A stretch of DNA of 64,000 nucleotides from Fistulifera solaris. Taxonomy: Eukaryota. The stretch spans positions 310,001-374,000 of the forward strand of contig AP026123.1 in the NCBI GenBank assembly GCA_030295235.1, written 5' to 3'. Both the position numbers and the translations under genes were made by a program. The notes under the pieces were generated by a model that did no database searches, was not told the origin of the DNA, and saw only the letters and a list, made by a program, of their open reading frames with translations. Of the stretch, positions 34,660 to 49,006 are shown one piece after another. Numbering within the stretch: the first letter of the stretch is position 1; every line of letters begins with the position of its first letter.

Positions 34660-35690
34660 ATGATATCCAGCAACTGTCCGTACACGCAGAACTTTTTCGC
34701 CGACCCCGCAGAGAGCACCCGGTGTACTTTGTCGGTCTATGCAAAGGACGAAGCCCCCTGTAGCATGACATTCGAAGAATCTTTCAGTGATCCGTATCTT
34801 CCTCCAAGGACCTCTATCCCACGGGTACCACAAGAAAAGCAACGGTCGGCACTCTCTGCTTCTCCCTTTCCTTTCAATTTTGGAGAGTTTCTCGATAAAA
34901 CATTCGACGAATATGTTGCTCGTAGTTTGCACAAGAATTCCGTTCATACGCCAAGCACGGTAGAAGAAACAGTATCGTCTCATGCCTCTCTGTCTATCAC
35001 CTCATTTCCCGAGCCAGACGAGCTTCTTTCACGGGATTTTCCACACTTCAAGGAGGAAGTTATTGTCATTGGCAAGTATGATGCCTTCGATCGTGTCGAC
35101 GAGTACAAAAGGAAGCTGCTGCAGAAGCATTCATCGCCGTTAGTCTTGACGAATTTGGGACTGGCGTTGATGAATGTCGGGGATTTTTCTTCTGCGGTGG
35201 GAGCATTGGCGGAAGCGGCTCAATTTTGGAGAAAGCGACGGAAACCTGTTGCACTCGCGCGCGTCCTCGATCGACAAGGTGCCTGCTTGAATGCTTTGAA
35301 CATATTCGAGGTGGCGTTGGAATGTTTTTGCGAGGCGTTTTCACTTCGTCACAAACACTTGGGACCTTGGCACATAGATACGATAGACTCTCGCAAGTCG
35401 ATGGGGAATGCATACTTCGCTTTAGGATGCGCCTCCGAGGCGCGCAAATGCCTACTGGAAGTATTCAAAGTTCAAAAGCAGTCTTTCAGACGTATCATCT
35501 TTCGGTTGCGGTATCAGCACATGATTTGGCGAATGTGATGACGGCGGAAGGATTATTCGATGAGGCGAAAAAGTACTTTGGAATCGCCTGGAATATTTAT
35601 TCTCGCCTCAAGATCCCGCCCACAAATGCAGCCGTCGACCAGCTTTTAAAAGACATTGATCGTCTCACGAGTCTGGTTCGAATGAAGTGA
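34660..35690 (+). CDS. TPR (kinesin-light-chain-type) repeat protein
   Basis: Motifs LTNLGLALMNVGDFSSAV, LRHKHLGPWHIDTIDSRKSMGNAY and VAVSAHDLANVMTAEGLFDEA. Frameshift near 35480. Confidence 0.75.
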
Positions 35691-36532
35691 CTTCTTTGCT
35701 CTTTTTCTGGAGAAGCAGATCTGATAGTGCCCGAGTGCTTGCTAGGGGAGATCGAAACTATTATCCTATCAAGATAACAGTAACTTTCGGTCTAGTCGTA
35801 ATAGCACTGACGCACCTGCTTCGTGGTTCAAGCTTAGCTATAGCTAAATTAAGTAATTAATCGAGATCTAAACTTCCCGTCCCGCTTCAAGACGAGAAAC
35901 CATTTCGTCTACTCTAGGTTTCGTCGATGACGGCCCAATCGCGAGCATCCTTGCGTAGCCATCCCGAGGCGCGTGCGTGGCGAGGGAGGTACAAAGCATG
36001 TAGCGTTCGTTCTTATTGAAGTGAATACAAAAGAACAACTCGAAAGACTAGAGAACAATCGATTCAGCTTCACTTTTCATCAAGAAGAACGACGCGGGTG
36101 CGGCGGAGTTCCGGGTACTAAAAATCGTATAGTAAACGCAGCCATCTCAAGGTATTTTCTCCCCTTTTTTGTTATCTCCGTGTAAGTAGCTTTCATCGAC
36201 CCTTTCCTGCGAAACGAAGCGTAATGAAGCGTAGCGAAGCATAAGGAAGCATTTCAAAGCAATAAACGATCCAGCGAATACTTGAATGGAGGGCTGGGCA
36301 TCTTAATTGTAAAGGGAAAGTTGAAGCGGTCGACTGTTGCTGAAAACAGTGCGATCAGCGCGACGTGTGCGGCGCAATCACGATGGTTAGAGTTTTGTAC
36401 ACTTTACGCTACTGTAGCCCAACGAGGTTTATCGCGGTGAAATGAAAAATGAAAAATCTTTTGCTCGTCGATCGCAGTTCGCATCATTCGTTCACCATCA
36501 ACCGACCTCATAAAACCCAAGCAAGCAATCTT

Positions 36533-37136
36533 ATGATCTCATTCGGTCGACAAATTGCAACTCGCGTAGCTAATTCCTCTTTGCTTTCTCATCAAACCGC
36601 AACCTTGATCAGGTAAGTCTCACAGAAGGGATCTTATTTGCTTAGGCCACGTCGACGAGACGAATCTCTCGGAGCTCGCAACAGCTCAATGGTTGTCGTC
36701 GATAACGGAATACATCTGTGATCATTAATTTCCCATCAACTTTCCGATCATTGATTTCCCAACAACTTTCTAACTACTTGACAAATTCACCAGAACCATG
36801 CATTCCATGACAGAAGGAGTTAACTTTGACACGATCGCTCGTGAATGGCGTTGCAAATGGAGCTCGGACAACGACAAAAAATCGCTCCAGGAAGCCCAAA
36901 AGACTCTGGAATCCGTTCTAGCCGATGTCAAGCAGATCGATGGCGTCAAGGGAGTTCAGCGTATCGTCTGCGGAGGCTGCCTTGATTTCAAAGTAATCAT
37001 TTCGCTTTCGGCGGACAAGTTCGAAGCGTGGCAGGGCGTCAACTACGCACCGGAAGAGATCTTCCTCGAGAAGATCAAGGCGATCGATGGTATTAGTACG
37101 GTGGAAACACAAAATTATACCATCACATCGTTGTAA
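36533..37136 (+). CDS. conserved hypothetical protein with a mitochondrial-like presequence exon
   Basis: Exon 1 at 36533-36612 (MISFGRQIATRVANSSLLSHQTATLIR) and intron 36613-36793 join in frame to FDTIAREWRCKWS...QRIVCGGCLDFKV...VETQNY. Confidence 0.8.
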
Positions 37137-37226
37137 AAGTTGTATTTGGCTTAGAGCGAAGAAAGAGTACGAAGCTTAGATTTGTATGAGAAATTAAACA
37201 AAAGTACCTAAACTTCATTTGCAACA

Positions 37227-38161
37227 TTAGGATGATTCTTCATCCTTCGCAACGTGCGCTTCTTGAACCATTGTCTCGTGTAAGTACTTTGATTCATTTA
37301 CCACTATAGCTTCCCACGAAGAGTTGCCATTCGCAGGTCGATGTTTGTAGATACTGTAGCAACAAAGGTCGAGGGACCATGAGCGTGCCATGGGTTCCCT
37401 GTCAATTCCTCGTAAAGATGAGTCACCGGTCCTCCATGAGATACCAACAAAATCGTTTTCCCCGGTTCCATCACTTCTTCTACTGTGTGCAACATTCGTT
37501 TCCGTTGGTCTTCACTGGATTCCAAATTTCTCGGAAAGAATGTGTAAGGATTTGTTACGGACGTTTTGGATTCGTACGCCTCATCAGTATTCTCCACGAG
37601 TCCTACATCTTCTTGACTAGTCAGATGTTTCCATTGGAGCAGTTCCTTCACGGGCACTTTTGCCGATGGGTGCAGTGTGTCGGGGTGGATGACATGCGTG
37701 GCCCGAGTGACGCCATCAGGTCGATAGCCCCATGTCCCATCGGACCCCGGAATCGCCCATGATAAATACCATGACTCATTGAAACTTTCCGCCAAACCTG
37801 GTTCGATCTTTATTTTGATGTGAGGTTCACATCCTCCAGAGAGCAGACCTTGCGACGCCGCCACTGCCGTTTGACGCGTGCGCAGAAACGGCGAGGCGTA
37901 AATTTCTGTCACCGGAGGTATTCCCAATCGCTTTGTTTCTGTAGCCAGCTGGACGCCCAACTTAAATCCCTGTTGTTCTCCATGTGTTGTGAGTGGCGTA
38001 TCGAAGGGTCGTTCGGCCGTTGCCACCCAGTTTCCTCCATTGTCGCGCGTCACGTAATCTAACCTTTCGCCATGGCGAGCGACAATTACAATAGATTCTA
38101 GACTTGTTATCGCTGAATTGGACATGGAGGAAGCTAGTCTAGAAAGATACGTTCGTCTCAT
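37227..38161 (-). CDS. histidine phosphatase / phosphoglycerate mutase family protein
   Basis: Motifs IVVARHGERLD, DTPLT.HG, SPFLRTRQTA and LLVSHG. A frameshift near 37365 extends the C-terminus to a stop at 37227. Confidence 0.9.
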
Positions 38162-38483
38162 AGTTCAGCGAGGAGATTCAATGAATTACGGAGTAGAAAA
38201 CATGATAAACATTCGAAAATTTGTCGTCGTCGTCATCGGCAGAATAATGCACTTTGCGCAATAAGGTGCGAGATAAAAAAGGCGAAAAAGTGAAACAACT
38301 CCAATATTTTCGCGCGCGGATGACACGCGCGACAAGGTGGTCTGTCTGTCTGTGCTGTTTTGTGGTTGCTATTGGTTTTGACGGCCGGAGGAAATTTCGA
38401 CAAAGGCGCATTGACTGTTAACAACTTGTTTGTAGAGTTATTGTGCTTGAAGATTGACGACTCGTTCAAAGGATTCGGCGATT

Positions 38484-41400
38484 ATGGACGTAGAACAGCT
38501 GCATATTGTGTTGCAGCAGTCGTTTTCGGCCGACGCGGCGTTGCGAAAACCAGCTGAAGAGACCATTCGGAACCTCAAGAATCTGCCTGCTGCGGTTCAA
38601 TTATTATTGCAAGTAGCAGCGGAGAAGCAAGTAAGTGCGAAGATGGAGATGTTTCTTTGAAAAAGATTGTTTTGTAGTTTCGTAGTGACAATCGGCCGTC
38701 AGGCGATCTTTCTCGCACGCACCTCTGTCGCTGATAATCATTTTGTTGAAACATGTCACGCACTGACATTTTGTTTGCTCTCTAGGTGCGCTTCGAAGTT
38801 CGACAAGCGGCCGCAATTCAACTCAAGAACATTTGTCGAGAATGCTGGGCACAGCGTACACACTATGCTCCTTACGAGGATGTCCCGACGAAACAAGCGA
38901 TCCTATCGGATGCCGACAAGGAAGCCGTAAAAACCGGGCTAATCAATGCGTTACTGGACGAGCCCGAGAAATCGGTGCGAGGACTCTTTGCCGAGACGCT
39001 ACATACTGCTGTAATTCATGAGTTTCCCGACAACTGGTCTCAGTTGGTTCCCCAACTTCTTACAACGATTCAGACGGGTGTGGTAGACTTGGAACAAAAT
39101 GGTCTTCGCGTACACAATGCTCTGTTGGCTCTTCGAAAGGTTTGCAAACGTTATGAATTCAAGCCGCGAGATCAACGCGGTCCTCTGAATCAAATAGTCT
39201 CGGCGTCTTTTCCATTGCTGCTTCCACTGGCTCAGCAGCTTTCGAACGAAAATCAGCACTCGCTCGAGGCGGCATTGATGCTCAAACAAATACTCAAAAT
39301 CTTCTGGTCTTCCACTCAGTTCTTTCTACCAGGAACCAGCTCAGAAACAAATAACGGTGTCTTGATTACGTATGCTGTCAGCTTGGCGAATCCAGAGCAT
39401 ATCCAACCATGGTTTGATATACTAACAAAAGCATTGAAAAAGCCGCTCCCCGAAGATAGTACCGGCCAAGAACCGAGAGGACAACCGTTAGATATTGATG
39501 CTCGAAACGCATGGCCGTGGTGGAAAGTGAAGAAGTGGGCGGTCCAGATTATGAGTCGCTGGTTCAGTCGATACGGTATTCCGGCTCATGCTCCCGATGA
39601 TGAGCCAGAAGCACAACAATTCGCCGCTTATTTCAGCAATGATGTTGCTCCGCAGTTCATGGGGCCGGTGTTTGATACTCTAAACTTACGGCCAACTGGT
39701 CAGTTTTGTACGGATCGCGTGTTGCATCTCTGTCTGACCTTTGTGGATTTAGCTGTGGAGCTCGCCAGCACGTACAAACTTCTCAAACCTCATCTGGATT
39801 TTCTCCTGTTTCAAGTCTGTTTTCCTACCATGTGTCTGAGTCAAGACGATGTCGATTGTTTTGAGAATGACCCCGTCGAATTTGTTCACAAGCAGAATAG
39901 CCCTTTGGCTGACTTTTACGATCCAAGAATGTCAGCTATTACTCTGGTGACGGACCTTGTGCGGCATCGAGGACAGGATGTGACGCAAAATTTGTTAAGC
40001 AAAATGACGGAAATGCTACACCGTTACAGTGCGTCACCGCCAGAGCACCAGAATCATATCGAGAAAGATGGAGCCTTGTTGACATTCGGATCGCTGTCGC
40101 GCTTGTTGATGGCAAAGCCCAAGTATGCTTCAGAAATTGAGGGACTCCTTGTGTCATCAGTCTTTCCGGACTTTAATTCTCCGATTTCTTTTCTGCGGTT
40201 TCGCGCTTGTTGGATGATACAGCAATTTAATACGGTCAAGTTCACCGATGACGGAACCCATCTCCGCAAGCTAATCGAACTCGTACTGAATCGTCTGAAA
40301 GATCCCGCTCTTCCTGTTCAGATAGAAGCGTCAAAAGCATTACGTTACCTGGTTGAGATGGATGGGGCTGAAAGTACGCTTCTTCCTGTGTTACCCCAGA
40401 TTTTGACGGAATATTTCCGTATCATGAACGAAATTGGAAACGATGAAGTCGTGTCTGCCCTACAAGTGCTTTTGGATCGTTTTGGGGATCACATTGAACC
40501 ACATGCGATCGCTCTAGTGACGCAGCTGACGAATACTTTTCAACAGTACTGTACAGCTGGAGAAGACGACGATGACGATGATGCAGCTTTGGCCGCTGCG
40601 CAGTGTTTGGAATGCGTCGCGACTGTTCTGAAAGGTGTATGTTCAAACGAACATATTCTCAAATCTCTGGAGCCTGTGTTGATACCTTTGGTTTTGAAAA
40701 TACTTGGAAACGATGGAGATTTTTTAGAATATCTTGAGTGTGCATTTGATATATTGACATTCTTGACATTCTTTCAGGAAACTTTATCCCCGGAGCTCTG
40801 GCAAGCGTTTCCGCTCGTGTACATCGCTTTTGATCAATGGGCTTACGACTACCTGAATATGATGGTCCCCTGTTTGCTGAGCTATATACAAAAGGGACCC
40901 GAAGTGTTTTTGAGCGGCGGATTTCAGCTAGCTGAGGGATATGTATCGTACGTTGACATGGTCATTAGCATGGCGTCAAAGACGCTTGCTAATGATTCAG
41001 CCAATGAAAGCGAATGTAGATTTGCACTTAGCTTGTTCATGGGTGTGCTGAATAACTGCCACGGACGAGTCGATCAGTACATTCCTTTCATCAACGAAAT
41101 CGTACTCGCCAAGTTGGGGCAACAAGTAAACGAAGAGAGTGTCTTGACACGGACGTCCATTTACCAAGTGATTGGCTCGGCCTTCTATTATCAGCCCGCA
41201 TTGGAGCTGATCGAGCTAGAAAAAGCGTGGAGTGACGCAGCAAGTCCTTGCAAAATGGATTTCCGATATGTCGAAAATCGATCGAGATCTACCGCGTAAA
41301 TTGACTGTTTTAGGGTTCGCCTCTATTTTGACAATAAATGTTGCTACGCTACCCCAATCGGTGACGAGTTACTTGCCGCAAATAATCCACGTTGCTACGA

Positions 41401-41871
41401 CGACAGCTCTGCAAATAAAGGAAGGTGGCGCCAAGGGGGAAAACCAGTCGAATGACGGGGGAGACGATTTGAAAGGAATAGATGATGATGACGACGATGA
41501 TGATTTGGGTGATCTCGATCAAGGTTTTGATGAAAATGAGGATGTTACAAATGAGGGTTGATGAGGCGTATCGCAAGGCGCTCCACCGGGTTGATGATTG
41601 GAATGAAGACATGGCCAAGTTTCTACTAGGTGATTTCATGGACGACGATGGTGAAGATATTGACGAAGATTACTCATCCCCTCTCGACAAGGTGGAAGAG
41701 CTTCTTTTCATTAATGATGCTTTGAAACTTGCTTTCCAACGTGAACCTGAAGCGTATCAGCAAGTTCAAGCAGCGCTACCTCCCGAATCTGTTCAAGCAT
41801 GCCAAAAGCTTTTCGAATACTCAGATCAGATGCGACTACATGCACAGCAATCCTCTCAGCAGCAGTCGTAA
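38484..41871 (+). CDS. IPO7: importin-7/8 (importin-beta family, SAD2-like)
   Basis: IBN_N motif (VRQAAAIQLKN), WPWWKVKKWA, LRFRACW, LPVQIEASKAL, HIEPHAIALVTQL and an acidic C-terminus. Intron 38631-38785. Frameshifts near 41225 and 41555. Confidence 0.92.
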
Positions 41872-42272
41872 GCTACTAGTCCATCTTGGTCAAAATATCC
41901 CTGAATTTGCTGACTTGACTAGTCTATGAGAGCCGTATAGAAGTAATACAGTAATTCATTTCTCTTCTTTTTGTACCGTAGCTTTCTTTTGACAATTATA
42001 TTTACTAACGACTCGACTAATCAGTCCCGAAACATGATCGATGCGATTTTTGCATTATTTGCGACGATGATTGTTTCCATTCGTTGCGGAAAGGTCCACC
42101 GCCACCATGGTACCGGTATTCATCTTTTTATCCCGCGATTCTTCTTTTTAAGGGTGTTCTTTGTGCTTCTGACAGCGTTGATCGCCTCTCGAGATAGACC
42201 TAACAAAGCGAGGAACGAGCACTTCGAACTACCTTGATAAGTCGATATTTCTTCGAAGTTTTCACAAACGTT

Positions 42273-43570
42273 ATGGAAACGATTAATGAAAACTCATGCC
42301 TTGTCGAGTTTCCATTGCTTGCTGCGCCAAAGAGCGACGTGAAAGTTCACGGAGTCATTTTGAAGAGAACATTTCGTAGCAGCTATGCGTCGTTGCTTGT
42401 TGCTGTGGTAAATCATTCGACGGACTTTCATCCCCCCGACGAAGAGGAGGACCGATTGGTTCTGGTGAGATTGCAATTTAAAACCGACAAAAGCGCACTT
42501 CGTTCGCATTGCAAACGCTTTTGTAAAATGGGTGATCGTTTGCAAGTTCTGGAAGGGAATTGGCAAAAAGTGAGTGATACGCATCAAACAGATTGGGAGG
42601 ATCAACGGCTTGTTGTAGACTTGGAGTCGACGGCTCATGCGATACGAGTGTTAAAGATTGTAGAAACGTTCTGTTGGACGATAAAACAGTGTTTGGCTTG
42701 GCAACAATTGTCGGTGATTCATGCAGAGGACGACGAAATCATTCCACCATTCCAAGGTTTTAAGCAGTCCATTTCCTCGTCCTCGCTTGAGAAGAGCAAC
42801 GAAGCGACTGGACATGGTACGATTGCTGGAAAGCATAAACAAGTTGAATATTTGACAAACTTCTTGATCGGGATGATAATTAACAAGTTAAAGGGCGAAA
42901 AAGAAACAGCGTCTTCCGATGCTTGGTCGACGCAAGCATATTTACCCAGCGATCCGATGTACGTAAAGGCAATAACAGCTTTGAGCGAAAGGCATGGAGT
43001 GTTAGATGTTGCAGGTGGCATCGGGCATTTGTCCATGGCCTTGGGAATGGCTGGAATTCGATCAACTGTTATTGATCCCCGCCCGAGTGTCGGTTTGCTG
43101 AATAAGAGGGACCGGAAAATGTTTCGAAAAGCACTCAGTGCGTCGAAAAGGCAATCAATGTCGGGTGAATACTGTCTCCCTATTCAACAGTTTCAGGTTT
43201 TCCGTGGATGGTTCGGTCAACCTGCGTCGGGGTCGACTTCAGTTTCCGTCATCCAGATGAAAACCCAGACGACGTTCAAGCTCTCGCAGCAGACCACCTC
43301 CTTTTAAAGGCCTGCACGGCTATAGTGGCGCTGCATCCCGACGAAGCCACCGAGGCCATAGTCGATACAGCTGTTGCTAACCACATTCCATTCTGCATAG
43401 TGCCGTGCTGTGTGTTTTGCCGACTATACCCGCATCGTCAACACAATGGGAAGCTGGTCAGCACTTATGAAGATCTGCTAGATTATTTGCAAGCGAAAGA
43501 TCCGTCAATCCAACGAAGCTCGCTTCCATTTTACGGCAAAAATATTGTCCTGTGGTCAAACTTCTCATGA
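42273..43570 (+). CDS. putative SAM-dependent methyltransferase with an N-terminal OB-like region
   Basis: Motifs VLDVAGGIGHLS, STVIDPR, IVALHPDEATEAIVD, PFCIVPCCVF and LPFYGKNIV. Frameshift near 43230. Confidence 0.75.
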
Positions 43571-43637
43571 TGCATAAATGATATATTTACGTTAGCAATG
43601 TACAATTCTATTGTATCTTTCTGCCGCAAAAGATACT

Positions 43638-46600
43638 TTATGGCACCGTTTGCGATAGCACGGGGAACAACCGAGTAAAAGAACGTTGAGTCATTTTTCG
43701 GCCAGCATTCTGCTTGGAGCCGCCGCTTTTAAAATCCAAACGATTGTATTGCTCGATAAGCTCGCGTAACTTGCTGAGTTCTAACTCCAGAGCATCTGTA
43801 TTGGGCTCCTTAGAAACGCGAGCATCTGTACAGTGGGCGTTCATCAATTCATCTAGCGCAGTGACAGTTGGTTCTAAACTGTCAACTCGGAGTGATGGTG
43901 CTTCGTCAGTCATTGTCGTAAGAAAGTCGTTTGATTCATTGGTGGACGCGTAAAGTAATGCACGAAGAGCACTTGACGCAGCGTTGAGTGTACTGGTGGC
44001 TCTTCGCTGTGCGTCAAATGCTTTCGCCCGGTCTTGAATGCAATTTTCAATCGTTCTCACCATTTCATCGCACTCTAAGCGATCGCGAATCAATACAGAA
44101 AGAATGGTTATCAGATCACTTGTGCTCGTCTTGGGGAATCTAGTTAAAGTCGAAGCCGTGAGTGAGACGCGAACTCGATCGCACAAATCAAGCAGTTGGT
44201 CTGTTGATACTGGTTCAGAAGGCATGGATTCATCTGAGTCATGATCCAGCCCAACAGCACTTGCCGGGTCATCAACCAAATGTTTCTCAAAATTGCTCTG
44301 TCTTTCAAGGTCTTTCTCAATCAAATCGCGTCTTAGTGTAGCAAGTGTTGACAAAAGGACACATACATCAAGTTCCTCCTCTGTCGCAGACAGTTTATGC
44401 TCAAGATGTAATAATACTTGGACAACCCGATCAGTCATATGCAGTGCTAGCTGCGTCGATACTAGTCCATTCAGCTATCATCATGCAAAGAATATTGAGT
44501 TTATACGTCAGAGATTTTGCGATGATTTAAAGGTTTCAAGCTTACCAGTCGTATTGCTTTGGAAACTGACAAAGACTCCATTGAGTGAACCACGAAATGT
44601 GGCTTCACAGCCAGCCGCAGACGTCGATGGGCAGTAGGCCTATCAGAGTCAGCGTCACAAAAAGTTGCACCCAATTGACCCAAGGACCAAATCAGTCCTG
44701 ACATATCATCCAATTCCAAGTCCAACCAGGTATATCCAGACTCATCTGAAGGCATTTGATTAATGAAATGCAGAACCTTTCTCGCGAAATGATTGGTAAG
44801 AGATCGAGCGGCCGGTACTTCCATAGACAAAGCCGCTGTCTCGGTTAATCTTACAAGATCAGGCAACGGACACTCACGTAGCAGACGTCCATCGTGTGAC
44901 ACGAACAGACGAAGAAGAACTCGCGTCAAAACGCCGCTCTGAATGATTGCCTTATCGAATTGATGCGCAAGCTTACAAACTGCAGATGACAGTTTACAAA
45001 GACTTAAAGGATCAACCGATACATCTCGCAACAAAGGCAATCGATTTGAATGCTTTGCGTGCCCCGGTATGTCATGGGAGTCATCGATAGCATGTTCTAT
45101 TCGTTGGTCAAAGAAACGCAAAGCAAACTTAGATGTTCGAAGAAACGTGGTGACCTTGGATGGTTCGCGGTGATCGTGCATTTCTGTGCCATCGTGACTG
45201 ATTTCTCTCATGCTTTCCCAATCTAGTAGACTCGTTTCAATCGTAGCCAAGAGTTTACCAAGAGCGGCAGGTACCCCAGGCCAACCAAAGGACACGCTAG
45301 TGTCTGTCAAACTCAAAAATGCCCATACAACCCTAGCCTAGTAGCTAGATTGTAAGATTCCGCAAATAGCATCAAAAGTCGTTCACCTCCTGACTTACCA
45401 TATCTTCGCTTCGAAAAAGAGCCAGATGCGAAGCAGCTATGAGCAAGGCGCGATAGGTCAAAGAAACAATTGAAACTGACGTCCATCTAACGGTACCCTG
45501 ATCCAAGAGAATCGTACTCAAAGACCAAACAAGACGACCCAATTCATGCGGAGTGAACTGTATCAACAATGACGGTGAATCATTAAAAATTCGTCCCCGC
45601 TTGTGATTTCTATAGCGCGGTCGGCTATCCATTTCACAACAACATCGGAGACATCAACTTGTACGGCGAAGCTGCTTTTCGCTAACGCCCAACATAAATT
45701 CGTCAGGTCAGCCCCCGAAAGCCCATTCATAGAACCAACACCTAAGAGATTAAGCATATTTGATACGTCATGGACAACAGCTTCGCGGTGCGACCCGTCT
45801 AGTTCTGTAACAGCCCAAGCCAAGGAACACAAGTCACGTGAAGACAAACAAGAAACGAGGGGCTGGTTGTCTCCAACATCAGAAATGTCAAGTGAAAGCT
45901 GCCGCGAATTTTCGATCGCCTCTGATGCATCGCCAAGAACTTCCACCTTATACTCTTCCGCCTGCGTCGCGATCATCTCGATTCCGTCATCCTCTAGCCT
46001 GCCCGTTTTGACTAAATCGATGGCGTCAGCTACAATAAGTGGGATTTTGTCATGCTCGACTAAGTCCGGCACTTCTGTGTTGTCAATATCAGCCGCATCA
46101 TTCCGCATTTCTTCAAGACCAGTAAACTCGATTCCATCAGTCGCGTCACTCAAATTTTTAAAAGCACCAGTCTCTTCGCTAGTGATACTGTCGCCATTTC
46201 GAATCAATGACTCTTTCAAATTGTCGGACTCGGACCGTTCCTCCACTTCAGTATCGTCGTCAGATACGGCGTGATCTAAAGCGTTTGATTCTCCTGAGAC
46301 TTTTACTTCTTTATCTAAATTTCTGATACCGTCGTGAAGATATTCTCTCGACACAGTCTCTTCCCCCCTCTTGATGATTTCTTAAGCGACATAATTCAAC
46401 TTGTAAAACGCCAGCCATTCTCTGCAATGCCTTTTCACAGTACTCATCAGTTGCAGAAGATGTGTTGTCCATTTTTCTCTAATTAACGCGATGGCCCACA
46501 AAGAATCGATCAGTTCATTGGGCGACAGCCAATCCAGTAAACACGTTTTCTCCCGTGCGGTAGATGTCTCCAGAGTTTCAGCTACTGGAACGGATGAACG

Positions 46601-47548
46601 ATCTGTTTCAAAGACCACGTGATCTGCGGATGGTATTTCAACATCTGAGCTTGCACTATCTGTCGCCAACTCCGACTGTGCCAGTCGCTCCACCACGTCG
46701 TTTGTACCTAGTTCGATATTCGTATCCATTTCAATATCACTCAAAATCTCTTCTTGAGCTGTTTTTCGCGTGATAAAAGGATCTTGAACCAGTAGCGAAG
46801 TACACAGATCAACAAGCGACGATATATTTTGGCCGGTACAGGCCTTGACACAGGCAAAAGTCCAGAGAACGGAGACAGCATCTTCTGCGAGCTCTTCCGA
46901 AAATAGCTCGATGCCCTTTTCAACGGTCTCAACCCCATTTGTAAGCATGTCTCCCCTTTTCAATAGCTCTTGTCGATGTTCGAGCACATGAGCTACTCGC
47001 GACACGAGTGCTTTCAGCGCTGCCCTCGAATTGTCGTCACTACTTTTCTGATGAGACGACAAAACAGCGAGACCCCACGCCGCACGACACGCATCCCTTA
47101 TTGATAGTCCCTCCGTGTATGTATCTTTGTGATCGACGCCACACATGACGCATTCGACGAGCTGTTCGAAACGACGATCCTTCAGAATATCGTCTACGAA
47201 CTCCTCTTGTAATTCGCAGATCCGCCCCAATGTAGCAATGACGCACGCGGCTAAACCACAATCCATATCGGTGCGGGAGGCTCGTATTCGAAGGGATATA
47301 TCCGGAGAATGTCGAATGGCGGGTATTTTGGGAGCCAGGTAATGCAGTAACTTGAGTGGGTTGTTGTTTGGGTATGTGATGATCATTTCACGAAATTCTT
47401 GTGATTCAGGATCATTGTCTATACCCGATCGTGTAATGAGATCATGGATAATATCGGACGCTCGACGTTGCTTGTCGAGAAAAGGAATTCCTCGCGCGAA
47501 CACGCTCACAGCGAATAGCCAAATAAATGAGAGAATGAAACGGAGCAT
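43638..47548 (-). CDS. large signal-peptide protein with OPR/FAST-like helical repeats (candidate plastid RNA-binding factor)
   Basis: Repeats LSPNELIDSLWAIA, LSSRDLCSLAWAVTEL, LSGADLTNLCWALAK, FTPHELGRLVWSLST, FRSEDMARVVWAFLSL and LELDDMSGLIWSLGQLG. Introns 45338-45398 and 44475-44545. Several frameshifts. Confidence 0.65.
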
Positions 47549-48139
47549 GGTAATATGCGGCAGAGAAGAGACAGCTCACTTTTGCCTGTCATTTTCCTTT
47601 TTCTTCTACAAGGATGAAACGAAATGCCTCTCGGTGAAGATTAATTCGGTAAGGTGAAAAGAGAAAGACTTCAGACCATTATAACAAACATTTGTAACTG
47701 CAACGCATTGTCTGGAGGCGATTTTTGTATTTTGCAAAACAATTCATTCCAGAAATTCTGGATTTGGTGTATACATCATACAGAAATTCTGCTTTGTTTG
47801 TTCAGATTTTCTGGACACGTTAATCTAACTGACTGAAATCATTCAGAAATTCTGACTACTGTCCAAAATTTAGATCGGGACTGGATTCCAATTGAGTCGC
47901 TCAGAAAAGTAATTACACTTTACGACACAATAAACCACTACGATGTCACACGAACACTAAATGTGTACACTTTAGAGGATATTAAGTCGTCGCACTAAAG
48001 AACCCTTATGGCATGACTGAGGAGTCACAACGCGTCAGAACGCACAACAAACAACAAAACGCGTTGACAGTTGACATGCATCCCATTATCGTTTACCGTG
48101 AGATCTTTTAGAAACAAACAATATCAACACAACAATACT

Positions 48140-48751
48140 ATGAGAACCAGTTTATTCCATCTCATCGCAATTGCTACACCCGCAATTGCTTTTCAAATCC
48201 CCCGCACCATGCGAACGATTCTTTTGCGCGGCAGCGGTCGTCGCAACGCTGGCTTGCAGTGATCCGAGCTGGGCCGACAGCGGTGAGATGAAGATCCAAA
48301 AGGCGGTGCGTCGACGTTACAGTCCGGACGCACCATTTCAATTACTCGCGGTGTCAATTTAGATGGATCCAACTTTGCGGGGCAAAATTTGAAAGGTGTG
48401 GCCTTTCAACAATCCATCGTACGAGATGCCAATTTTGCGAAAAGCAATTTAGTGGGCGCTTCGTTCTTTGATGCGACACTGGACGGCTCCAACTTTGATG
48501 ATGCAGATATGACTATGGTCAATTTAGAATTGGCGCAGTTGAACCGAGCTTCTATGAGGAATGCTGTGGCTCGAGAAATGTATGTGTCGGGGTCGACCTT
48601 GTTTGAAGGTATCAAAGATATTGAGAATTCCGACTGGACGGACACCTACTTGCGAGCCGATCAGCAAAAGTATCTGTGCAACCATCCCACTGCAAAAGGT
48701 ACTAATCCAGTGACCGGTGTGGATACGCGTGAGAGTCTCATGTGTCCCTAA
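48140..48751 (+). CDS. thylakoid-lumen pentapeptide repeat protein (TL17/TL15-like)
   Basis: Signal MRTSLFHLIAIATPAIA-F, pentapeptide repeats (ANFAK SNLVG ASFFD ATLDG SNFDD ADMTM) and C-terminus LCNHPTAKGTNPVTGVDTRESLMCP. Frameshifts in the 5' part. Confidence 0.88.
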
Positions 48752-49006
48752 AACACAAGCACTTCAGATGTGCTATATCAGCTAGTAGATATCATATATA
48801 AAGATGTATCGATCTTGCGTGACAGCTATACCTTTAGGATCGAAATAGATTACGTAAGCAAACAGAACAAGATACATTATAAGTTTGTCTCTTGTCAAAC
48901 AAATATAAAGCACGTAGAAAAATGTTCGACAAATCGTTTCCAAAGAGGTTCTATTCATTATATAATTATTATTTAGCCTCGGCTTCCGATTGCAAGATAG
49001 CGCCCC

